Source of the DNA: Eledone cirrhosa
Lineage: Eukaryota
Direction of reading: 5' to 3'
Assembly (NCBI GenBank): GCA_964016885.1
Contig: OZ024742.1
Coordinates: forward strand, 62,248,001 to 62,312,000
Length of the DNA: 64,000 nt
Below the pieces are notes generated by a model. It saw nothing but the letters and a program-made list of their open reading frames with translations. It made no database searches and was not told where the DNA came from. The position numbers and the translations under genes were made by a program. Shown here piece by piece: positions 53,330-64,000 of this stretch (position 1 is the first letter of the stretch; every line of letters begins with the position of its first letter).

Positions 53330-53995
53330 TTTATTCAGGCACAATGTATCTAAGAGTACATTATCTAATGTGTTTTATTTCAGACATAATCTATCTAAGA
53401 CTACATTATCTAATGTGTGTTATTTCAGACATAATCTATCTAAGACTACATTATCTACTGTGTTTTATTTCAGACATAATGTATCTAAGACTACATTATC
53501 TAATGTGTCTTCATTCAAACATAATGTATCTAGAGCTACACCATTAAATATATATTTCAGACACAATATATCTCAAATTACAATAACCTTCATTACATTA
53601 TCTAATGTGCCTTCATTCAGACATGATGTATCTAAGAACTACATTATCTAATGTGTCTTCGTTCAGACATAATATATCGAAATATATCTAATGTGTCTTC
53701 ATTCAGGCATAATATATCTAGAATTAAATGATGTAGTGTTTCTACAATCAAACATTAAGTATCTAGAATTACATTATCTAATGTGTCTTCATTCAGACAT
53801 AATATATCTAAGACTACATTACCTAATGAGTCTGCATACTTAATGTGTCAAACATAATGTATCTAGGGCTACACTACCAAATATATATTTCTGACAAACC
53901 ACAATAACCTTCAATCAGACATATTATATCTAGAATTACATTATGTAGTGTTTCTACATTCAGACATAAAGTATCTAGAACTACATTATATATTG
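53330..53995. repeat. ~39-bp minisatellite
   Basis: Repeated ttcagacataat(g/c/a)tatctaagactacattatctaatgtg. Confidence 0.9.
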
Positions 53996-54207
53996 TGTTG
54001 ATTCTATTTTAATAAGGTAGGGTGTGATATGAGGGGAATTTGGGCTCTAATTTTAGCAGATCAAGTAACTACACAATGGTCTATTTGTTGTCTTGAGGAG
54101 CTTTCTTGATTGTTATTTATAAATGTTTATACATGTTGATATATCAGACTTGATATAACTGTTAATGTTATTCTCACATCACTGATTGTTGGGATTGTTT
54201 ATTTCAG

Positions 54208-54365
54208 GTAAAAGTGGTTCTTGAAAAAAACAAAACTGAGGTTGTGACAATTACCTTCAATGGAACAGGTTCAGACAATAGGAACTGGTTTAAAAAAGAT
54301 AGAGTTCTACATTTCCCATGGAACGACTTTAATGCTGGCTTTGATGACTTCCAGTTCATTTCTAT
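54208..54365 (+). CDS. Third coding exon, gene copy 2: VKVVLEK...WFKKDRVLHFPWNDFNAGFDDFQFIS
   Basis: tttcag acceptor, gtatgt donor, 158 nt, phase 0 to 2; later exons not found inside the window. Confidence 0.85.
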
Positions 54366-54984
54366 GTATGTCTGTTTAAATGGCTTATTGATACATTTTA
54401 CCAATACTCATGTGCATACGAAATGGATGTATTACACACAGGCACACACACACACACATATATACACATATTCACAAATACACGAACGGATAATTATATA
54501 GGTGTGTAGATATGTGCACAGCACCAAGAGCAAGTATTTTCTTCTGTAATCTTGGGTTGACTAATACCAAAATCTTTTGAGTGGAATTTATCAGACAGAA
54601 CCTCTCCCCCTCTCTCTCTCTCTTTTTATATATGTGACTGTGCTTATGTCCTGTTAATTAGGTGTTTGATAAAAGTAATGGATCAATATAATAAGTACCA
54701 GATCAGGAGAAAGAAGCAATGCAGTGAAAAAGATCAACTAAATTAAGTTAGTGGCCTAGTAATAGCCACAGTGGAGTAAACAAATAAAAGATATATATAT
54801 ATATAGATATATCATCATCATCGTTTAACATCTATCTACCATGGTAGCATGGGTTAGATGAGTTTGTCCTATTTGAGGCAAGTTGGGTCGGGTGATCATG
54901 TCTTGCTCATAAAGGACTGTTTCTGGCTGGTTTTCTATGTCTAGATGCCCTTTCTAATGCCAACCACATATTTATATATATATA

Positions 54985-55017
<33 letters not shown>

Positions 55018-55020
<3 letters not shown>

Positions 55021-56766
55021 AACTGTTCAAAACATTTTTATGCTTACAACTGTTTCCTCCAAACCGAGGTTTGGATTCTTCGGAGCAATTTATTATTGAA
55101 TGAACACTTATATGACCTCCTTTTCACCCAAGAGACATACAGATACATATGCAAATATTGTGGGTCAACATTCATTACAGCATTTAGAATGGCAGTACAC
55201 ACTTAGAGATTACATTCATATTAAAAGATACAATCAGAAATACAGGTTAAAATACAACATGAAGATAAGCGGTTATATAGTGCAAAGGTTATATGTGTGG
55301 CAAGCACTGTGCGGAGGTAGTGCCATCGTTGGACAAATGAAAAACGAATTAATCTAGTAACGCTGATGAGCAGTATGGCCGGTATGCTGAGTGCAGGGAA
55401 TGAATGTATTGCAGGTGGCGTATGGGTTGTACATATATGGATGATTTGATGGTCAGATTGGAGTCATGAGGACTGTGGATTGACCTCTAGTCGGCCCTGG
55501 TGATGATTATCTTTCGACATCCAATGTAGCAAGTGATGACCCAGAACTTACCAGAGATCATTGTGTGTTGAAGTGATTCTGCAATCACCGCGCCTGGTCC
55601 TCTGAGTAGACTGCAACCACAGAGATCATTAATTTAGAATCCTCGCTCGTCGTCTATAATATTCATTTGTGGCACTCTACGATGGGGGTTAATCACCATA
55701 ATAATACGAACACCTTCAGCACAACTTAATAGACTACTCTATAGTTAAAACACTTTAAATTTTAGAAATTTTTTAGAAATTGCGCATAACCATATAAGTT
55801 AGGGTCTATTTTGAGACACATTTTAATAGTTAGTAATAGAAACCTCGGAGTTACCTCCCCTCATGCATTAACTCCCCTTAGCCACACACACACTTCCGGG
55901 TAGTATTTCGATGTCGATTCTCGAAACATAACATCCTCCTGTATTGAACTAAAGAACATCAGACTACGATTCTCTAACTGGATTGTCAAACGCTCAATAT
56001 CGAATCGTCGTGGATTATGTGAGGGGCATATAATCTGAAAAATACGATCCCCAGACTATGAAAATGTCGAAGTGCATGAAGTCCATATCATCGCTTCTCT
56101 GCGCATTTCCAATATTTATAATATTTTTAATGCTTACACTATTTTTAATGCTTATATTATTTCTCCACACACAGACTATAACAACCATATAAAGAATTTG
56201 TCACCAGATCAACCAACCTGACACTCTTGTTTACCTGCTTAAGTGCTTCTACTACACGTAACTCTCTGCCACACTATATAAACAAGACGCACGTGCTTGC
56301 CACACATATAACCTTTGCACTATATAACCGCTTATTTTCATGTTGTATTTTAACCTGTATTTTTGATTGTATCTTTTAATATGAATGTAATCTCTAAGGG
56401 TGTACTGCCACTCTAAATGCTGTAATGAATGTTGACCCACAATATTTGCATATGTATCTGTATGTCTCTTGGGTGAAAAGGAGGTCATATAAGTGTTCAT
56501 TCAATAATAAATTGCTCCGAAGAATTCAAACCTCGGTTTGGAGGAAACAGTTGTAAGCATAAAAATGTTTTGAACAGTTCTTTGATTCTTATAATTCATA
56601 TAACTGCTCTGTAAATAATCTGATGTTTTTACATTGAGCTACTTAACTTACTGGTAATAAGGTAGTAATATATTACTGCCTACCACTATTTAGGGTTTGT
56701 ATAAAAATATATATAACTGCAAAAGGTTTTTGTATTTACATAACCATAAATAGTATAATTAATACT
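55018..56766 (+). mobile_element. PLE-type element with 290-bp inverted repeats (55018-55307 / 56293-56582), ~1-kb spacer and tail, in (TA)n
   Basis: Mirrored ORFs at 55100(+) and 56500(-); HHR motif in each arm; possible VYLLKC remnant in the spacer. Confidence 0.85.
56513..56559 (+). ncRNA. Hammerhead variant with CCGAAGA core (mirror copy 55041-55087, -)
   Basis: tgct-CCGAAGA-at(t/c)caaacc tc ggtttggag-GAAA-cagttg-TA-agca. Confidence 0.65.
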
Positions 56767-57382
56767 ATATATATATATATATAACGTTTTAGCTTGTTTG
56801 CTTTTCACACTTATGATTTTATAACGCTCTGATTAATTAATGTAAGCCCCCCCCCCCACACATATATATATATATATACATGGTAGACTGGCCAGGTTGC
56901 CAAGTTGCCCAATGGCAAGTGGGGCCCAGGAGGCCATTGTAATATTTTAGGGGCCAATGCTTTGCTTTCAAAAAATATTTTTCAAAAAATGTCTTAGAGA
57001 AAGAATAACAATTTTCTCCTTTACCATCCTCCGGGGAAATGTCCCTCTCCATTCTGTCGGCCGGAGCTGTGGGGAGGCCAGCACATCGGATCCCATTTAC
57101 TCACCATACAGAGCAATGGGGAGGGTGAGAGAGATGGAGGTGATGATAGTGGGAGTTCGGCTCTCCCACGTTCGGACCATATCCTTGTGGTTGTGTTTAT
57201 TAAGCAGTTAATGTGTCTCTTTATGTATAGACTAAATAGTGTACATTCTGTATATATCCAATGAAATTCCTGTATATAATATAACCATTTACATCTTTCT
57301 AAAACCTTAACCCTTTTCACACATTGAGCTATGTATTTGGTCAATCAATTCCCAAGAGAATTAATAGAAACCAATTATATGA

Positions 57383-57419
<37 letters not shown>

Positions 57420-57818
57420 CACACACAAGTGAATAAACCTAGTGAGAGCATGGATGTAAACATATACATACACACAGACACACTGGTATACATCCATGCA
57501 ACACAAAGTCTATACATATTCCCAAACGCTCCCCAACCAAACTGGCAGATTTGATTTGGAACCTCAACATGCCAGATCAAATAGTCAGTTAGAAGACGTG
57601 TGGCCTAATCCCCTACTGGGGGAGACCACTGCAGGTTATGCCTGGCCGAGTCGGCCAAGATCATCAAATTAAAATCGGCCGTAAATTCGAGATAGGACAT
57701 CATAATAAACTGTAGATATACCAGGTAAAACACTTTCGTCGCATTGGCATTCGGGTACGTGCCGTGCCATGGACAGACCCATAACTTAAACACGACATAG
57801 GGATAATTACCACTATTT

Positions 57819-57970
57819 TCTCACACCATTTCTCATTTCAGTACCACTGTTACCTTTATCAAATTCTAATTTGTAGCTCGTTTTAAGTTTTGATCTCACA
57901 CCATTTCTCATTTGATTACCACTGTCATCTTTGTCAAATTTTAATTTGTAACCTGTTTTAAGTTTTGATC
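57819..57970. repeat. Two-copy ~75-bp tandem repeat
   Basis: tctcacaccatttctcattt...gttttaagttttgatc twice. Confidence 0.8.
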
Positions 57971-58537
57971 CTGTAAATGTTATGTCGCATTCATTACCAC
58001 ACCCTCCACCACAAAACAGATCACCATACATCCTCAACCATCAACCGCACCAACACATACCACATTCCAATGAGGCACACATATACCACCAGCATCATGC
58101 ACTTCAACACAACTGTTCGCATCACCACAGTTTGTATCAGTAATTTCACCACCACTATTCAACATCGTTTCTCATATCCTTTCTACCACCTCTTAACCCC
58201 ACATGATATCATCTACATGCAACGCAGATACGCGTGCACCTACCCGCGCATGTGCATTTGTAGGTTTATGTACCGATGTGCCTATAGGCGTGTGTAGAGT
58301 GAGTGAGTGTATGTATGTATATATGTCCATACATCCCTGAGCGCACCCATGTACAGCCTTACGGGTCCCCGGACTGTGAACACCCCCATCCCGTCGGAGT
58401 GTACACATGTGGAGACCTAGACGTATGTACGATGCCCGCATGGGTCGATGTGTCCGAAAATACATACAACTCATACGAATGGTAAGGCACACACATCTGA
58501 CTCCGCATACCACCCCCATGCGTGCCCATGTGGGGTG

Positions 58538-58588
<51 letters not shown>

Positions 58589-58641
58589 CGTGTGTGCACA
58601 CATACATACATATACACACACGCACACACATATATATATAT

Positions 58642-58701
<60 letters not shown>

Positions 58702-59126
58702 GATCACGCCACCTAGCTTTGACTTTGGAGGCAGTCCTTTAACTGCCCTTAGTTCTGATGTCACGTTCTGACGTCAGTAGCTGAATAAACTCTCTCTTCG
58801 ACTTTTGTCTCTTGAAGCGAACAGACGCGTTTCACGGTAGCGAAACAGCAATAGCACACCATGCGGTCACGGGATAATTGAAGACCGCCAATTAATGATA
58901 ATTACGAATTACCAACCTAGGAACAACTGATATGATAACCTGTTTTGTTAATTGCTCTGATTAAAATGATTATGTACATATAATCTCGAGGTATGTTCTT
59001 GTTTGCTTAATTGTGTACCTACACCTAACAACAAACAGTAGAGATGTTCTACCAGCCAAGCTAGGGAAATGAACTCCCCTCTAAATCATAAAAACAACGC
59101 ATCCTTCTAAAATGGTGACCATCTCT

Positions 59127-59163
<37 letters not shown>

Positions 59164-59170
<7 letters not shown>

Positions 59171-60113
59171 ATGTTGAAAAGGTAACACACCAGAGAGAGA
59201 TATACAGTGCACTATCAATAAAACAGGGAAGAAAACCACCAGTGTATGGAATCTATAACCTATGAAAGGCAGACGATAATTAAAAATATAAATTAAAGCG
59301 TAAATAAATACCTTTATTACTATATAACACACGTACAAATCCAAAGATACTAATCCAAAGATATGTTTCACCAGTAATTTGTTGAAAGAAATGGGTTAGC
59401 CTCGGTTCATCAACGTGTGTAAGGCTATACATTTCAGACAACACTAAGAGAATTTTAAAAGTGACTGTCCAGCTACACGTGGGAGAGAGAAGTCACAGCG
59501 TGTTTAAGGGCAGTGAATCAGTGGCCTCTGAGGGACGAACTGCTAGAAAGGGCAGCCCAAAGCCACTCAGAGAAGTGTGCTCAACCAAACAGAGATAGTT
59601 TGGTTGAGCACACTTCTCGGGGTGGCTTTGGGCTGCCCTTTCTAGCAGTTCGTGCCTCAGACGCCACTGATTCACTACCCTTAAACACGCTGTGACTTCT
59701 CTCGCCCACGTGTAGCTGGAAGTCACTTTTAAAATTCTCTTAGTGTTGTCTGAAATGTATAGCATTACACACGCTGATGAACTGAGGCTAACTCATTTCT
59801 TTCAACAAATTACTGGTGAAACATATCTTTGGATTAGTATCTTTGGATTTGTACGTGTGTTATATAGTTATAAAGGTATTTACGCTTTAATTTATATTTT
59901 TAATTATCGTGTCTATAGTATGCCTTTCATAGGTTATAGATTCCATACACTGGTGGTTTTCTTCCCTGTTTTATTGATAGCGCACTGTATATCTCTCTCT
60001 GGTGTGTTACCTTTTCAACATATTGTATTTTAAACAGCTCAGGATTTCTTCTCCTTTGAGCACATTATTTACAGGGAATAGCGAGGGCCTATGCCTCCGT
60101 TAATTTATCGTGG
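59164..60113 (+). mobile_element. Fold-back element (~430-bp arms, 7-nt loop) + 85-bp tail in (TA)n
   Basis: Arms 59164-59590 / 59598-60028. Confidence 0.9.
59767..59860 (+). ncRNA. Hammerhead ribozyme in the fold-back arm
   Basis: acacacg-CTGATGA-act..ggt-GAAA-ca...tg-TA-cgtgtgt. Confidence 0.65.
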
Positions 60114-60163
60114 TATATATATATATATATATAAGTGGTTACACAGCAGTTAGTTCACCATAC

Positions 60164-60201
60164 CGAGAACAATTGTTTCACCTTAGCGGATCCTCAGCTC
60201 G
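60164..60201 (-). ncRNA. Minimal hammerhead ribozyme
   Basis: cgag-CTGAGGA-tccgctaaggt-GAAA-caattg-TT-ctcg; in a ~150-bp insert between (TA)n tracts. Confidence 0.75.
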
Positions 60202-60279
60202 TAATGGACATAGTTATACGGAAAAGGAAGGACAACCGTACGAACGCGCATGCACAGAAACGATCACTTCACACAGGTA

Positions 60280-60311
<32 letters not shown>

Positions 60312-61069
60312 GTGTAATTCCATATGTATAATCTTTGTCCGTGCATGGATGTATACAAGTGTGTCTGTGTGTGTATGTATATGTTTACATCCATGCTCAC
60401 ACTAGGTTTCCTCACTTGTGTGTGTACACACACACACATATGTATATCTTATATATATATGTGTGCGTATATATATATATATATATATGAATAATACCAT
60501 ATGTATATGCTTTGTATATATATTTTTAATAACTTTTTCCTTTGTGTATATATATATATCTCTTTCATATGCACTATCCCATCACCTCATTAACTCCTTA
60601 TAGCACAAGCCCTCTTAACAATCCCTTAGCACATCCAAAACCCTACCTAATAGTAAAACACCGTAATCTTTCATCCCGTAGCATAAAGCAAACCACACAC
60701 AGAACATCAGCCTCAACATCAACATGTCCAGAGACGGTCAAAACGCCACACCCGACCGCCACATCAACCACTGCCCCTCACCACCAATTCATGACTTGAT
60801 TCACCCCCCCCCCACCTACACTATAGGCGAAAACATTCCTCGTAATTAATCCACCAATCAAAACAACTTTTACTGTCCAACATATGAACGCTTGACTTTT
60901 TACTACGCCATGTATATTCATTCTGTCATTACTATCACAGAGGTTCGACGAGCCATTGATTACAGAGTCGGGCTAGATCGATACAGATCGAACCTAGAGC
61001 TGATCAATAGGGAAAAGTGCGTCACCAACAAATAAACGTAATGAAGGAGTAACGATTCGTCCTTATTTT

Positions 61070-61131
<62 letters not shown>

Positions 61132-61156
61132 TGTAATAAACAACATAAGGCAATTA

Positions 61157-61216
61157 TTCCATTTACCAGTGGTTTCTTAAAAGCAAAAAATGTTGCTTTC
61201 AATCATCAGAATGAAA
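61157..61216 (-). ncRNA. Hammerhead ribozyme
   Basis: ttcatt-CTGATGA-ttgaaagcaa..ttgcttttaa-GAAA-ccactgg-TA-aatgga. Confidence 0.8.
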
Positions 61217-61220
61217 AAAT

Positions 61221-61453
61221 CCTGGTCTGTTTATTGAATTTGGATTTTAAAAACAAAGATTTTTGTTTTTAAAATCCAAATTCAATAAACAGACCAGGCT
61301 GGACTGCCGACCGCTATATCTGATTTGCTAAGCTGTCTGCACGTAATGTTATTACTCTGGGGTCTTTCCTCATCTGACTGCTCAAGCTACAGACCGATTA
61401 TGCATATACGCTAGCTTGGCCATATTCTAAAGCTTCGTCAATGCTGTACTAAA

Positions 61454-61457
<4 letters not shown>
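61221..61457 (+). repeat. Perfect 37-bp-arm hairpin + tail ending in (TA)n
   Basis: Arms 61221-61257 / 61262-61298. Confidence 0.85.
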
Positions 61458-61507
<50 letters not shown>

Positions 61508-61675
61508 ATGTATGTATATGTATATATATATTAAATAACAGATTAAAATTTAAATAAAGAATCGCTGCTTTCACCCGTAACGAGATCTTATATATATTCC
61601 TATATATATATATTCCTTATCGAGCCCTCTTCGGATTTTAGTCTTCACATTTATTATTATTACTATTATTATTAC

Positions 61676-61860
61676 GGTGGATTGGCAGTATCGGTAGAGG
61701 GTCGGACGCCATGCTTTCCAGCATAGTTACGTCCCTTTACGATCTGAGTTCAAATCCCGCCGAGGTTGACTTTGCCTTTCATCCTTACGGGGTCGATAAA
61801 ATAAACAACAAGTAATGCACTAGGTAATTGCTGGCCTTGTACCTAAAGTAGAAACAATTA
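61676..61860 (+). mobile_element. SINE copy (full length)
   Basis: Similarity to 998-1174. Confidence 0.85.
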
Positions 61861-62030
61861 TTACTATATATATATATATAATAGAAATAGGATTTTGCTT
61901 CAGGCATAGCTGTATACAAATATGTATAGAAATTTCGTATTTCTAAAGAAACACGGTTTTAGGAAGCCATAACTATGCAAACACCGGGGCTAACGCCCTC
62001 CGGTGGTGTCCAGCAGAAGCAAGGGGGACA

Positions 62031-62074
62031 ACCGTCTATGCATTTCAGACATGATTGGTCTTCCTCAGGACGGT
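62031..62074 (-). ncRNA. Minimal hammerhead ribozyme
   Basis: accgtc-CTGAGGA-agac caatcat gtct-GAAA-tgca-TA-gacggt. Confidence 0.85.
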
Positions 62075-62134
62075 CCCTCCCACTGCTTGCACTATATATA
62101 TAGTAATAAATAATATATATATAAATGTAAGTAT

Positions 62135-62282
<148 letters not shown>

Positions 62283-62459
62283 GCACACACATGATATAAC
62301 ACATATACATATGGGGTATATCGAACGTTAATAATAACGTTCGATTCGTTTCTAAACAAACGGCCCGATTTGAAGGTGTGCCTTGTCGGTAACTGATCGT
62401 CACCTGTTTGTTCAACACTACTATATATTTTCAACCGTTCAACAGACTGGCAGAGTTAT

Positions 62460-62502
62460 ACAGTCCTGATGAAGGGTAATGACCCAGAAACATGTTGATT
62501 GT
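62460..62502 (+). ncRNA. Minimal hammerhead ribozyme between inverted repeats 62310-62419 / 62514-62620
   Basis: acagtc-CTGATGA-agggt aatg accca-GAAA-catg-TT-gattgt. Confidence 0.8.
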
Positions 62503-62639
62503 TGCTCAAAGCCAGTGTAGAAGAAACAGGTGACGATCGGTCACCGACACGGCACAGCTTCAAATCGGGCCGTTTTCTTACAAACGAATCGAACATTATT
62601 AATGTTCGATATAGCTCATAAGGACTAAACATAAGATAG

Positions 62640-63545
62640 GGAAAGCCACCTCATGGTACGACAACCAAAGATACCAGAGTATCATGTTCGTGGATGCTAC
62701 CCCTGGACGGAAATTTTCTAATCAATTTAGAAAGGCTCCAAGAAAGACCCACTTAAAGATTAAAGTGGTAGAAAAGTCAGGAACTACCATAAAATCCCCG
62801 ATCAGCAAAACATACCCCTTTAAGAAAACCCACTGTACTAATAAGAAATGTTTTATATGTAAAGTAAACCCCGCAGATAAACTGCAAAACTAGAAATGTA
62901 GTCTATAGTATAAGATGTACAGAGGGTACTTGCAGAAATATGAAAACGACATACATAGGCGGGACAGCTCGAAGCATAGGAGAAAGAATAGACCAACACT
63001 GGGGGGATTTAAAAGGAAAAAATAAAAACGGTTCAGTACTCTACGAACACGCTAGACAACAACATGACGGTAACATAGACAACATAGAAATTAAAATAAT
63101 ATCTAAATATAGAAATGACCTAACAGGTAGGTAAATCAGAGAAGCGTGCGAAATAGAGTTTAGAAAGCCAAAGCTAAACAGAAAAATGAATGGAATAAGA
63201 CCAACAACATTACCCAAACAAACAATACTGACTTAAGAGAAATATAAATAAATAAATAAATAAATATATACACAAGCACAATAACAACAAACACATATAA
63301 ACACACTAATAAACAAAGATAGAATACAAAAATCATAAAAACACACACCCAAACGCGAACACACACACCAAACACTATACACACACGCAAACGCATGCGC
63401 AGAGACGGAGACAAAAATAAATAAATAAATAAATAAAATAAAAATGGCGTAGTCATTACAATACAATACAATACAGTAGGGGGAAACATGATAATAGTAC
63501 CACTGATGAGGTTGCAGATGTGCAACGGAAGAACTTTGTTAGACT
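62640..63545 (+). mobile_element. PLE 3' fragment (GIY-YIG), second family
   Basis: MFVDATPG..KVVEKSG..C..CFIC..VVYSIRC..YIGGTARSIGERIDQH..LYEH..H..NEW; degenerate HHR at 63503-63530; ends in (TA)n. Confidence 0.8.
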
Positions 63546-63760
63546 ATATATATATATATATTTATATCTGTATTTTTGACCGTTGTTCAGTCAATGATAA
63601 ACATTGATAGCCAAATGAATTAACTATACAGACATAAAGGATGCAGAAGCCAAAACCAACCAAACAGTGAGTGTGTTCTGTTATTATTTCTGGCAATAGT
63701 ATTATAACGATATAACCCTCCCCAAGTATAACAATATCTATATATATATATATATATATA

Positions 63761-64000
63761 ATATAAGATCAAAAGATGGTTAAAGGAGTTCAATATATTT
63801 TATTATGCGCATTTCAAAAACAAACATCATCAAACAATAATATTTGTGTTTTCATCAGATAAAACAGGAAAACATGATATGAAGGCTAAAAAAACACTTG
63901 TTGATAGTGCAGTTTTAAATCAACATATGATATGTTGATTTAAAACTGCACTATCAACAAGTGTTTTTTTAGCCTTCATATCATGTTCTCCTGTTTTATC
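63761..64000. mobile_element. Fold-back element truncated by the window end
   Basis: Arms 63858-63928 / 63930-64000 with a 1-nt loop; left end abuts (TA)n. Confidence 0.85.
63797..63865 (-). ncRNA. Hammerhead ribozyme in the left arm of a fold-back
   Basis: gttttat-CTGATGA-aaacacaaatat..atgtttgttttt-GAAA-tgcgca-TA-ataaaat. Confidence 0.75.

Noticed and set aside
53295-53995. Regular 39-bp repeats resembling a CRISPR array or repeat protein
   Set aside because: Head-to-tail minisatellite without unique spacers; eukaryotic context and no cas genes
55100-56500. Two identical ~70-aa ORF starts on opposite strands
   Set aside because: Mirror products of the inverted repeat; no protein motif or splice support
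57605-58037. Minus-strand ORFs with a 25-aa repeat
   Set aside because: Explained by a 75-bp tandem duplication; no recognisable domain or splice context

Overview
AT-rich, microsatellite-dense animal genomic DNA, most likely an octopus or other cephalopod (inferred from the abundant ~175-bp tRNA-type SINE and the repeat landscape; not database-verified). Almost all listed ORFs are microsatellite artefacts or decayed transposon frames. Real content: (1) two tandem + strand paralogues of a spliced gene for a secreted protein (signal peptide, PAN/apple-like Cys module, uncharacterised C-terminal domain): the 3' exons of copy 1 (3637-3794, 17350-17507, 19946-19995) and the 5' exons of copy 2 (43321-43648, 49141-49310, 54208-54365), with compatible splice phases; (2) decayed RTE and R4-type LINEs, a DD37D (maT) Tc1/mariner, a mariner fragment, a non-autonomous Helitron and SINEs; (3) a dense set of Penelope-like retroelement (PLE) remnants and short non-coding derivatives inserted into (TA)n tracts. 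These form long fold-back hairpins and carry at least 12 hammerhead ribozyme (HHR) motifs with canonical cores, plus variants. The most striking signal is a structured RNA found in two diverged, covarying copies (37822-37920 and 42224-42320) that contains all HHR catalytic segments in a scrambled, non-circularly permuted order. All RNA structures were derived by eye and have not been tested.
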